Origin: a virus | Direction: 5' to 3' (one strand) | Length of the DNA stretch: 62,134 nt | Virus record (IMG/VR): IMGVR_UViG_3300045988_174550 | In this document: positions 38,301 to 46,500 of the stretch, one piece after another | Numbering within the stretch: the first letter of the stretch is position 1 | Layout: every line of letters starts with the position of its first letter | Program-made: the position numbers and the translations under genes | The notes under the pieces: generated by a model | Told to the model about the DNA's origin: nothing | The model's input: only the letters and a program-made list of their open reading frames with translations | The model's database searches: none

Positions 38301-38712
38301 ATTCGGCGGCACCATGTTCTACGGAGAAAAACACGCCACCAATCAAGCCATGTACTACAATGCGCTCGAAGAATTTGAAGGCCGTATCCGCAGGGAAGCT
38401 GTAGATGTCGCCATCCCTGCGGCAATCAGCAGAGATGCGACGGCGAAGGAAGCTTACCTGACCGAGAAGCTGTCGGCTGCCGGATGGGACGAGGCGGATA
38501 TCGATGATTACCTTCTCCTGCGGGCGGCGAAGTCTGCGTTGCGCAGCAAGAGCCAGTCGTTTTCCAAAGACATGCGCAACACATGGCTGTCGGCTGCGGA
38601 CACGTCGGAACTTCGGGAACAGTTCGAAGCGCTTGCGGAACAGGAAGGAGAAGTGTATGCTTCCGTCCTGAACAATCTCAACTACTACAATGATGCGCGG
38701 AGCCGCAGATGA
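35347..38712 (+). CDS. Giant virion protein (1121 aa), function unassigned
   Basis: Longest ORF in the window. An alternative start at ATG 35362 forms an ATGA overlap with the upstream stop. No catalytic motif recognised. Confidence 0.6.
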   Translation: MVRDAMNGCPDDFSVYKAGQGPHGNGGIFEDGRPIRNMNDEIIDLRDGVQRDAAQRAGIFTRLRNLIAPGTGRPTSLTAPGNDVNRTDASQLMRAARQVAKLTNNAMLSREKLANDWENAYAYVNGSSVAETSKWFDFVNSTFKRLVNDRADFHKFVAYNFADPGKSVMNNRIVKEFELMPTKIRGQFQIYDRQRQDLLLSVRPIAERLGMDAEQLAATMGHYATARHMGERNTLLLNRWEAELTAAQLENDPVKVADISTKIRDLRQHINSVDPPEHVFHGGMTNGQARMVMDHVLSLGVTREEAEAFSDRLSSIAVQITNDRASWGTVTPEQARAFPAFQTYVPVLSRANNLVGAVNDLTGYNPGRYEAIQGRQGSPDSAYYTVFQYARRAANEFGMRDFGMMLASMERVASERNRDTGLRWENYSQLTAKANSPDAAYRNYYSNLLSRAIVVDVPVHDWNGNFSHMQRRAYYIDENWTDARTGMTGIAVSRALQNTSKAATGLERAVSGLAKVTSVYSQAFTRFTPAFAVVNTFRDVAERGIHMLTREYYDGNGNRIPGWRLTGSFLVNAPASGVELHRALSGTLDPNSMGAQYWREYEQYGLYQKYMAQLNTERLSLEDMMGGKQSVAQQKKGIAALINKPEYAGLKQALDGVQGNGKWVLETLDGWNDYFNNLASFNQFVTLRKAGVDPRQAAHGTLELMNLYQTGEWTPILRVLFPFVKPTVQGGMAMMRTLGITGDVKDLRSRGPRAAATILGGYAAVTALLPLLKESMGYDEDTGMSRFDQMSLSELQRALPIGDGKGGYAKIPFGFGIQQLIITLAVGHDRVERGLMAPEHFAGELLFTLFDNTSPTGKPNFDMAKDPTAWIMQAISPSILSGLVQTATNRNYWGGKVTWATNEETKSMAVQGKMSTPKFYHDVAKELLKTTGYDLAPEQLKTLADGLLVGPLRLLRSLYIEPAGETRKGHQEGSARETLGPVLEAFGGTMFYGEKHATNQAMYYNALEEFEGRIRREAVDVAIPAAISRDATAKEAYLTEKLSAAGWDEADIDDYLLLRAAKSALRSKSQSFSKDMRNTWLSAADTSELREQFEALAEQEGEVYASVLNNLNYYNDARSRR

Positions 38713-39308
38713 TTCTCCCTCTTGCCAAAGACGCTACCCGGCTGGCTGTCCGCATCCGCTCCTACGGCGGCGGGCAGGTGTCTGACTGGAAACATCTGCA
38801 ACTTTGCATCATCCCCGGGCAAATTGACGCCTCCCCCTGTTGCGGTCCGGAAGCGTCGCCGTGGTACTTCCACGGATGCTGGCCCGGCGTGCGGACGGAT
38901 GTCGACCTCAATGATGTGCCGATGGGCGACATCCCCGTCGTGGTCAGCGATGCCTTTGAACTTGACGACGAAGGACGTGTCGTCTTTTTGCTCGGGCCGT
39001 TCTTCCCCATGCTGCGCCCCGGACGTCACACAGGCATTGTGCGGTTCATGCCGCATAATCTCACCCCTGTGTTTCTTGACGTACACGGTATTCCGCGCAA
39101 GCCGCCGAAAGCCGCCCCGATTCTTCCGGACGGCTACGATATCGGCATGGAGTGCGGCGGGAATCCTCCGGCCCCGCCGCCTCCCCCTTGCCGCCCGCCT
39201 GAAATCTGCGTATTGGCGCGGTTCGATATCGACATTACTCCGGCTTGCGGAGAACACTTCATCGACGAGGCGGCCGTGGATTTTGCGCTCGACCTCTGTG
39301 GAGAATAA
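38709..39308 (+). CDS. Cys/Pro-rich hypothetical protein
   Basis: ATGA overlap, 199 aa. Contains PPAPPPPPCRPPEIC. Confidence 0.5.
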   Translation: MILPLAKDATRLAVRIRSYGGGQVSDWKHLQLCIIPGQIDASPCCGPEASPWYFHGCWPGVRTDVDLNDVPMGDIPVVVSDAFELDDEGRVVFLLGPFFPMLRPGRHTGIVRFMPHNLTPVFLDVHGIPRKPPKAAPILPDGYDIGMECGGNPPAPPPPPCRPPEICVLARFDIDITPACGEHFIDEAAVDFALDLCGE

Positions 39309-39310
39309 TT

Positions 39311-40063
39311 ATGGGTATTCACGACAACCATTGCGGCTGCGGGCATCCGCCTTTTCCTTACCATCATTGCGGCATTCCTCTGCCTCCCGACCCATTCGAG
39401 GGCGCGGTGCTGGCCTATACCGAAAACTCCCCTACCCGGCTTATGTGGGACACACCCGTGCGTGGAGAGCAGGGAGAGAAGGGACAGACCGGTGCGACGG
39501 GCGCACAGGGTCCCAAGGGCGATACGGGTTCTCAGGGACAGATGGGACCGGCCGGCCCCCGTGGGCCGCAGGGAGAAAAGGGCGACACGGGCGAACGCGG
39601 ACCCAAGGGCGACACCGGCGATACCGGGCCTCGCGGCGTCCCCGGCGTGCAGGGCGTAGCCGGGCCTCAGGGGGACGTCGGCCCTGCCGGTCCCGCTGGT
39701 CCTGCCGGTCCCCGCGGTGTCGCCGGGCCGATGGGACCGCAGGGTGTCGAGGGTCCGATGGGGCCGCAGGGACCCAAGGGCGACACGGGTGAACGCGGGC
39801 TGCGCGGGGCAACCGGTGCACCCGGAGAAAAAGGCGAGAAAGGCGGCAAGGGCGAGAAAGGTGATACCGGCCCAATGGGTCCTGCCGGGCCAAAGGGCGA
39901 CACCGGTATGCAAGGCCCCGCCGGACCGATGGGACCGCAAGGCATCCCCGGTACAGACCATTCGGCGGAGATTGCCGAGCTTGAGTCCGCAGTCGAGAGG
40001 CTGCAATCAGTCGTAGGCGACCTGCTGGTTCGTGTTGTAGTGCTGGAGGGCAAGCTGTCATGA
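39311..40063 (+). CDS. Second collagen-like protein (His/Cys-rich N-terminus, GXY core, C-terminal coiled coil)
   Basis: SD GGAGAA. N-terminus HDNHCGCGHPPFPYHHCG. Continuous GXY from about GEQGEKGQTG to GPQGIPG. C-terminus AEIAELESAVERLQSVVGDLLVRVVVLEGKLS. Confidence 0.75.
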   Translation: MGIHDNHCGCGHPPFPYHHCGIPLPPDPFEGAVLAYTENSPTRLMWDTPVRGEQGEKGQTGATGAQGPKGDTGSQGQMGPAGPRGPQGEKGDTGERGPKGDTGDTGPRGVPGVQGVAGPQGDVGPAGPAGPAGPRGVAGPMGPQGVEGPMGPQGPKGDTGERGLRGATGAPGEKGEKGGKGEKGDTGPMGPAGPKGDTGMQGPAGPMGPQGIPGTDHSAEIAELESAVERLQSVVGDLLVRVVVLEGKLS

Positions 40064-40728
40064 GCTACAAAAACGAGATTTTCACGGCACGACTCGACGA
40101 AGTCATGCAGAAAGACGACCGCGCACTTCCTCTCCTGCCGGGCGCACTGAATGATTTGAAGGCGCTCCTGTCGGATGACGGAGACTACACCTTTGCGAGC
40201 ATCCGCAGCGACGCCAAGTATGAGGCGGTAAAAATCATGAACGTCGACGGCCTGCTTGTTGTTGACCGTGGCATCGAAGGCACCGAGCCCCTTCGACATC
40301 CGTACGGGTCCTGCATTACATTGGTGCAGCCCGCACTCATTGCAGCCGTCAAGGATCTCATCTGTTCCTATGACTGCTGTTCCGACAAACCATGCGAATG
40401 CCGCCTGGCCGCCGTAGCAAGCGTTGCCATGCCTGACGTAGAGAGCGGCCAGTACTGGCATGGCTCCGTAGGATTCACCGGTGACCAGCCCATGACGATT
40501 GCCATAGATATCGGGGACAATGACTGGATTACGGCCCGACAGGACACGAACCTCGTGTACTTCGAGGGCCTCGCGCCCAGTATGATACCTGTGGCTGCCG
40601 ACACCTATGAGAACGTCATGCCGCTTCGTGTCTCTGTGAGCGTCGCAGCTACAAACTGCAACGGGCATGTCGCGCTCGTGCAACCCACTTTTTACATCTA
40701 CCCGCCGAAGTATAAGAAGGCCGAGTAG
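40060..40728 (+). CDS. Cys-rich hypothetical protein (distal fibre/tip candidate)
   Basis: ATGA overlap, 222 aa. Contains CSYDCCSDKPCEC. Last gene before a strong terminator. Confidence 0.5.
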   Translation: MSYKNEIFTARLDEVMQKDDRALPLLPGALNDLKALLSDDGDYTFASIRSDAKYEAVKIMNVDGLLVVDRGIEGTEPLRHPYGSCITLVQPALIAAVKDLICSYDCCSDKPCECRLAAVASVAMPDVESGQYWHGSVGFTGDQPMTIAIDIGDNDWITARQDTNLVYFEGLAPSMIPVAADTYENVMPLRVSVSVAATNCNGHVALVQPTFYIYPPKYKKAE

Positions 40729-40779
40729 ATTCAGGAATCGGGTCTGGTGCCGCACCGCGCACAGCGGCATACGGCCTGA

Positions 40780-40819
40780 CTCCCGCATCGGGTCCGCTCC
40801 CCCGATGCGGGAGTTTTTT
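40780..40819 (+). terminator. Rho-independent terminator
   Basis: 13-bp perfect stem CTCCCGCATCGGG / CCCGATGCGGGAG with an 8-nt loop, then TTTTTT. Confidence 0.85.
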
Positions 40820-40843
40820 CATTGTGCCAAACCCTTAATACAA

Positions 40844-40887
40844 GAACTCCCCGAACCTTGACAGTTCAGGGAGTTCTTTGCTAGAAA
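40844..40887 (+). promoter_or_regulatory. Sigma70-like promoter embraced by an inverted repeat, upstream of the Bro-N gene fragment
   Basis: TTGACA (40858-40863), 18-nt spacer, TAGAAA (40882-40887). Inverted repeat GAACTCCC / GGGAGTTC. Downstream CTAGA...TCTAGCGG is shared with 27468-27501. Confidence 0.5.
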
Positions 40888-40964
40888 AGATGGTGTCAAG
40901 CGTCTTCATCTAGCGGAGGTGGAGAGCCTCTGGCGTTTAGAAACTCAGCAAAAAGAAACTATCA

Positions 40965-41156
40965 ATGAGTAGCACAGATGTCAAGATTTTTGAGAAAGAA
41001 GAATTCGGTTCCGTGCGCGTGGTCATGCAGGGAGATGATCCGTGGTTCGTGGCTTCAGATGTAGCAAAGTCTCTCGGCTACGACAATCCAGCTAATGCTA
41101 TTAACACTCACTTTGACATCCTCCCCCGCCTGAAGTCGGGGGATTCCTATCGGTAG
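40965..41156 (+). pseudogene. N-terminal fragment of a Bro-N domain antirepressor, truncated by the IS element
   Basis: FGSVRVVMQGDDPWFVASDVAKSLGYDNPANAINTH matches the first half of Bro-N. The frame then runs into the IS end and stops at 41154-41156. Confidence 0.7.
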
Positions 41157-41280
41157 CGGCTCTAACGAGCCGCGCCATAGGCGGGTTCCTGATTCAACAC
41201 GGGTGCTTGAGCCCTTCCCGCTCCACAGGCTGACACGGCCTGCCCGGCCGCCAGAATGTTCAACGCCGCGTTGTGATCGG
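41097..41280 (-). ncRNA. Predicted TnpB omega (right-end) RNA: scaffold over the tnpB 3' end plus right-end hairpin, with a guide from the flank (extent approximate)
   Basis: By analogy with characterised TnpB systems. Hairpin TCCCCCG-N7(N8)-CGGGGGA at 41122-41143. The element end TCAA (minus) is at 41113-41116. The adjacent flank reads AGTGAGTGTTAATAGC on the minus strand. Confidence 0.35.
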
Positions 41281-42369
41281 CGTTGCATTCAAATCCGCAG
41301 GCGGTACACTTGAATTTTGCCTGGGATAGTCTGTTACTCTTGTCCACACAGCCGCAATGGCTGCATGTCTGACTGGTATACTGAGGTGGAACAAGCAACA
41401 AAGTTCCGCCAAGCCATGCCAGCTTGTAGGCAAGTTGCCGCCTGAACTCAAACCAGCCCTGATCCAGTATGGACTTGTTCAATCCCGCTTTTACACGCAC
41501 ATTTTTCCCCGGATGGTCAAGCGTACCGGAGGCCGAACGCGACATATTCCGCACCTTCAAATCTTCAATCACAACAAGAGCGTGGTTTTTGCTGATTATC
41601 GTGGTTGTCTTGTGCAGAAAATCGTTGCGTACATTGGCTATTTTACGGTGCAGACGCTGGATTCTGGCTTTGAGTTTCCGCCAGTTGGCAGAAAACTTCA
41701 CACGTTTTGCCGCCTTGCGTTGCAAGGCTGCCAGCTTCTTTTCATGCTTTCGGAAACTGTGCAATGGTCTGAGGGAAGAACCATCGGAGAGTGTTGCAAA
41801 ACGGGCAATACCCATATCTATATCGACAGCGGTTTGCAAAGGATGTACAGGCTCAGGAACTTCACGTTCCGTCTGGATGGAAACATACCATTTTCCAGCA
41901 GACAGTGAGACTGTCACCTGTTTGGGTACTCCTTCCGTTGCGCGACTTTTCCGGTATCGCATCCATCCTATTTTAGGAAGAAATATGCGACTGTTTCCCT
42001 CGTCCAGCCTGAAACCCTGCGGATAGCGAAAGGCATCATGGACCCCCTTCTTCTTGAAACGCGGAAAATCCGCACGCTTCGCAAAAAATTCTTATAGGCT
42101 CTGTCGAGGTCTTTCAGTGTTTGCTGCAATATCTGGGAATGGGCTTCGGCTAAAAAAGAGGTATCCTCCTCTTTTTTCCAGTCCCTCAACTTTCCAGCAA
42201 GGGCATAGTAGCCGAGACGTTTTTTATCCGCTTCATAGGTCTCTTTTTCCAGTGCAAGAGCCTTGTTCCAAAGGAAACGGCAACATCCGGCAAAACGCCG
42301 CATGAGGTTTTCCTGCTCGGCTTTTGGTCGAAGCTGAAACTTGTAGGCTTGCAATCTTTCCATAGTCAA
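41162..42369 (-). pseudogene. tnpB: tnpB (RuvC-like RNA-guided nuclease), split by a 1-nt frameshift in a T6 run (A6 on plus, 42083-42088)
   Basis: N-terminal ORF MERLQAYKFQLRP...AYKNF. Restoring one T gives FAKRADFPRFKKKGVHDAFRYPQGFRLDEGNSRIFLPKIGWMRYRKSR, continuous with ORF 41162-41962. RuvC D/E/D (DIDMGI, VIEDLK, NADHNAALNI) and the CxxC...CxxC zinc finger are intact. Confidence 0.85.
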
Positions 42370-42383
42370 ATTATAGTTGCCCT

Positions 42384-42800
42384 ATGGAAAAAGTCAACAG
42401 CATACGTACTGGAAGACACTGTGTTTTTCTTCTTCATGTCCATTTGGTCTTTGTCACAAAGTATCGCCGTGGCGTCTTTACAAAGGCCATCCTTGACGAT
42501 CTTAAGGAAATATTTGCCAGTGTCTGCCATGATTTTGAAGCGGAGCTTGTGGAGTTTGACGGAGAAGACGACCATGTTCATCTGCTTGTCACATATCCGC
42601 CCAAAATTGCCATTTCGGCTTTGGTCAACAGCCTGAAAGGCGTATCCAGCAGATTGATCCGCAAGAAGAGGTACCCTTCAATTCAGAAAAAGCTTTGGGG
42701 AGGCTCACTCTGGTCGCCAAGCTATTTTGCCGGGAGCTGCGGAGGTGCTCCAATCTCTATCCTCCGACAATATATCGAGGATCAACGGACACCCAACTAG
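42384..42800 (+). CDS. tnpA: IS200/IS605 Y1 (HUH) transposase TnpA
   Basis: HUH motif HVHLLV and catalytic-Tyr region SPSYFAGSCGG. 138 aa, typical size. Confidence 0.9.
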   Translation: MEKVNSIRTGRHCVFLLHVHLVFVTKYRRGVFTKAILDDLKEIFASVCHDFEAELVEFDGEDDHVHLLVTYPPKIAISALVNSLKGVSSRLIRKKRYPSIQKKLWGGSLWSPSYFAGSCGGAPISILRQYIEDQRTPN

Positions 42801-42859
42801 AGACAGGAATTCCAGTTACGGCGCGCCTTATATCCTCCCCCTTAAGGGAGAGGTTTTAC

Positions 42860-43186
42860 GGCGCGTTGGATAAAGTCTACCGGCGTGAAGCGGGATATTC
42901 TTTTCTGGAGACTGTGGAAGTGGCACTCGAAGCGCCCACCAAGCGGCAGATTCTCAACCCGACGGAGCTAGGCAAGGCGCTCGGCGGCCTGTCGCCGCGA
43001 GCGGTAAACAGTGTCCTTGCGGCTATGAACTTCCAGACGAAAACCACGAACGGCAAATGGGAACCCATCGGTACGGGGACGGCCTATGCCGTGATGCTCG
43101 ATACAGGCAAGCTCCATTCCGACGGTACCCCCATCCGCCAGTTGAAATGGGACACCGGCGTATACGGTCTTGAAACGGATTCGTAA
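42860..43186 (+). pseudogene. C-terminal KilAC-like fragment of the interrupted antirepressor paralog
   Basis: ALDKVYRREAG...LEAPTKRQILNPTELG...FQTKTTNGKWEP...YAVMLDTGKLHSDGTPIRQLKWD aligns by eye with residues of the 27553-28320 product. No start codon of its own. Confidence 0.65.
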
Positions 43187-43432
43187 CCGGTGTTTTGCCG
43201 CCTGTTCGTGGAGCTGCTCCACTTCGTTCTTGAGACGGAAGCATTCTCTTCTACTTTCGGTCAGTCGCTCTTCAAGTTTAATGCACTCCATTTTCGAATC
43301 GCGTAAATCGTCGTTTACTTGCGCGCACTTCGTTTGCGCCTTCTGCCCCTCCGCAGTCATCAGGCAATGCACCAAAGATACCAGCTCATCGCCGGTGACG
43401 TCGCGTCCATTGAACTTGTAATACTTTTCCAT
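42968..43432 (-). CDS. Hypothetical coiled-coil protein (3' part antisense to the KilAC fragment)
   Basis: ATG 43432 is coupled by TGATG to the upstream small ORF. The N-terminal ~85 aa look like a real helical protein. The frame stays open to 42968. Confidence 0.4.
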   Translation of the reverse strand: MEKYYKFNGRDVTGDELVSLVHCLMTAEGQKAQTKCAQVNDDLRDSKMECIKLEERLTESRRECFRLKNEVEQLHEQAAKHRLRIRFKTVYAGVPFQLADGGTVGMELACIEHHGIGRPRTDGFPFAVRGFRLEVHSRKDTVYRSRRQAAERLA

Positions 43433-43521
43433 CACGACCCCCAAACTAATGCCGAGCATGACGTCATGAAGATGCAGATAATAACCAGTGACATCAGGGT
43501 CACGAAACTCTTTTCGCTCAT
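43432..43521 (-). CDS. 29-aa lipoprotein-like peptide (MSEKSFVTLMSLVIICIFMTSCSALVWGS); not in the ORF track
   Basis: Strong SD AAAGGAGA lies 7 nt upstream. Signal-like hydrophobic core with Cys after FMTS. TGATG coupling to the next gene. Confidence 0.45.
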   Translation of the reverse strand: MSEKSFVTLMSLVIICIFMTSCSALVWGS

Positions 43522-43534
43522 CGCGGGTCTCCTT

Positions 43535-46500
43535 TTATTGCCCGGTTGCGGGCGGTATGACGGGGCTCACGTCTATCGCGAACCCCAATTTGGTGAAGGC
43601 GGCGGCGTCGAAGACCATGCAGCGCACGTAGGGCGTCGGCAACGCCTTGAGCCCTCGTGTCAGGGACATGACCTTAATGGCGCTTCTGATGCCTTTCTTG
43701 GCGAGTTCCTGCTTCACCACCTTGGGTGAGAGGCTTCGTGTTCGGCACCAGTCGTTGAACTTCGATACGGCTACGCAAATGGCCTTCGCTTCCGTCTCGA
43801 TACGGACGGTGATATCCCGGTATGACGCCGGGTAGCGGATGACGAACTTGTCGAACTCCGCGACGCTCATGGGGTCGGGCTCAGTCTGCTCGTCCCGCAT
43901 ATCGCGCTTCACGACAAGTGTCTCACTGGACTTCTCAAGCAGGAACGTCGCCATTGATTCTACGAAATCAGGAGCGAACTCCTGCGTCCCCTTGCGGTTC
44001 TGCGGAACGAAGACCTTGAGCACCCACTTCTCAAGCGCATCCATGTCGTAGTCGAGCAGGCCGCATTCATTCGCCCATCGCCCCGCTTGCAGCGCGAGGA
44101 ACAGGGCATATCCCATGAAGCGTTCCTTGTTGTCGAACTTGTGCCGCAAGAACCAGTGCTCGGCCCTGATGGTCAGCGTATCGAGAAGGTCAGGACGCTG
44201 CATAATATAATGCAGGAAGGTAGGGCCGGCCCATCCGTAGTTCTCGTTGCAACAGGTCATGCAGGCGTTGATGTACTTCTGGACGGTAGGCTTGTCTTCG
44301 TAGGATTCAAAGTCGCAGCAGTACTCCATGACACGTTGGAGCGTCGCTTCCGAATCCCCGGCGCAACGAGAGATAGCTTCCTTGAAGGAGCGGTTGGCTG
44401 TGGAGATGACGACGGTGGACCAGTCTCCGGTTTTCACGAAGGCATCGCCCGAGGACTTCAGCTTCTGTTTCTCCTTACCGCCTGTCAGAGTATAGGCGAG
44501 CGCGAAGAGGTCATCGTCCTTCAGGTCGGTGAGCTCGTCCATGAAGCCGGGGATGTTTTGCCAGACGGCAAGTCGTCTTGCCCGCGCTACGGATGACTCC
44601 ATACGGGTGAAGAACTGCGTGGCGGGGTTGCCCCAGATGCTCGCGCAGGTACGCAGGAGCTGCGACTTGCCACGTCCCGACTCGGCGCTCCAGATGGAAA
44701 GGATGGCGTTCTTGGCCTCGCCCGAACCATGCGGCATGAGCGGCCCCGCCAGAGACATGCAGACGGCGAGTTGTCCTATCTTCTGCTTGAGGAGCCTGTA
44801 CATCTGCGGCACGGCCTTCCACTTCGCAAGAGAACCCTTACGGACAAAGTCCCGGTTCGCGTGCTCGCGGGCGAGGTCGCCGAAGCGCACGTCCACGAAG
44901 CCGTCCTCGGTTACGAGTCCCGCGCCGGTAAGAAAGCCCTTACGGACCATTTGGGTGTTGCGGTCCTTGTATTCCACCCAACCGAAGCGGTCGTAAGTAC
45001 GCAGCTCCGGCACCGTTCCCTGCACTGAATTAAGATATGCGTTCATAAAAGCGATGTAGGTAGAAGGTTTGGTGTACGGGTCGGCCGGATTCGCGCCCGA
45101 GTTGTAGAGCCATATCACGATGGCGTCGGGACGCATATGATCTCTTACGTTGAAGACGACGTCATGAGCGTAGCCGCCCGTCGGCCACACGGAGAACACG
45201 AAGCTCCGCGCATCCTGCATAGCGGTTTCGTCGCGGTCGTAGACGCAATAGCGAAGCTGGATGCGGCCATTGATAATCCGCTTGTCGACGTAGCGTGTCT
45301 CTCCCGTCTGCGCGTCGGTGATGGGCGTCTTCATATAGACGCCGTCATCCTTCTGAAAAAACTTGGTACTCACAAGCGGCAGGCAGGCCAGTTGACCGGG
45401 TGACGGCCAGACGAGCTCCTTCGTAGCTGCGGGAGTGCTAGTTCCGAAGCAATCTTCGTGGACTTCGGCGACGACAGGACGCTCGGGCGCTGGAGCAGAA
45501 GGCGTGATTGCAGGCTCCACCGGCGGCTCTACGGGCTCGGAGATGATAAGCTTCGACAGCTGCACGGGTGTCTTTACCTTGCCCCGATGCGGGCAGGCGG
45601 CACAGACTCGTGGGCAGATGTTCTCGAAGGTGGAACACAGCGCGGGCGCGTCGTAATGCGCGTCATTAAATTTCTTCTCGGTGTCGGCATAGTCATAGCG
45701 CGCCTTGTCGAAGGACGACAGCTTGTGCGCCCATGTCCTGCCGTCTGCGCACCGCTTCATGACCGTCATCATGGCAAACCACTGCGGATAAGTGCCCAAC
45801 CCTGCGGACAAGACGGCGCGGCATTGACGTATGACCTTTTCGGCGTCGGCGGTGGAAGGCTCGATAAAGCCGGTCACCGCAGCAAGCTTCATGGAGTTGG
45901 GCACGGCGGGCACCTGCTTGGGCGCGACTGAACGGGAAAGCGGACGGGCAGCAGACTTGTCGACGAGGTTGTCGTAGACGCGGCGCATGAAATCGTCGGC
46001 GTGATAGATGGGTCCGTTTGAACCAAGCACTGTGACCACGTTGCCCGTCTTCCGATGCATGGTGCCCGGAACACGCAGGACGCTTGCCGGGTCCTCGGCG
46101 CGGGTCGGGTCTACATCAAGTCCCTGCTCGATGCAGAGCCGATGGAAGAAGGCGGCCATGCCGCGCCACGGCTCGATAGGGATGTTTTTCCAGAACGTCC
46201 AGTAGACATGCAGCCCCATGCCGGAAGCAATAACAATACCCGGGCGCAGACCCGTGGCCTCGACGAATCGCGCCAAGGCTGCGAGGGCTTCGCCCTTGTT
46301 CTTATACTTGCTCGTGGACTTGCCGACGTCGATGTCGGCCCAGAGGCTGCGCACCGCTACAGCATTCGCCTGCGTACGATGCGCACCGTCTGCGAAGGAT
46401 GCGAGAGCGAAGTATGCGTCGCCGCCACGAGCGGACGCCTCATCCGCGTATTGCTCTAGTTCGAAGACATCGCGTACCGGTATCTGACGCGGCGACTTGC

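Larger units (their letters stand above)
41113..42869 (-). mobile_element. IS200/IS605-family insertion sequence, IS605-like divergent tnpA/tnpB organisation (boundaries approximate)
   Basis: Y1 HUH transposase plus a TnpB reading frame. Subterminal imperfect hairpins at 41122-41143 and about 42833-42852. Flanked by the two halves of an antirepressor paralog. Confidence 0.8.

Noticed and set aside
42695-42859. N-terminal extension of ORF 42695-43186 into the tnpA region
   Set aside because: That portion is an alternative frame of the tnpA 3' end and the IS end. Similarity to the Rha-gene paralog only begins at about 42860.
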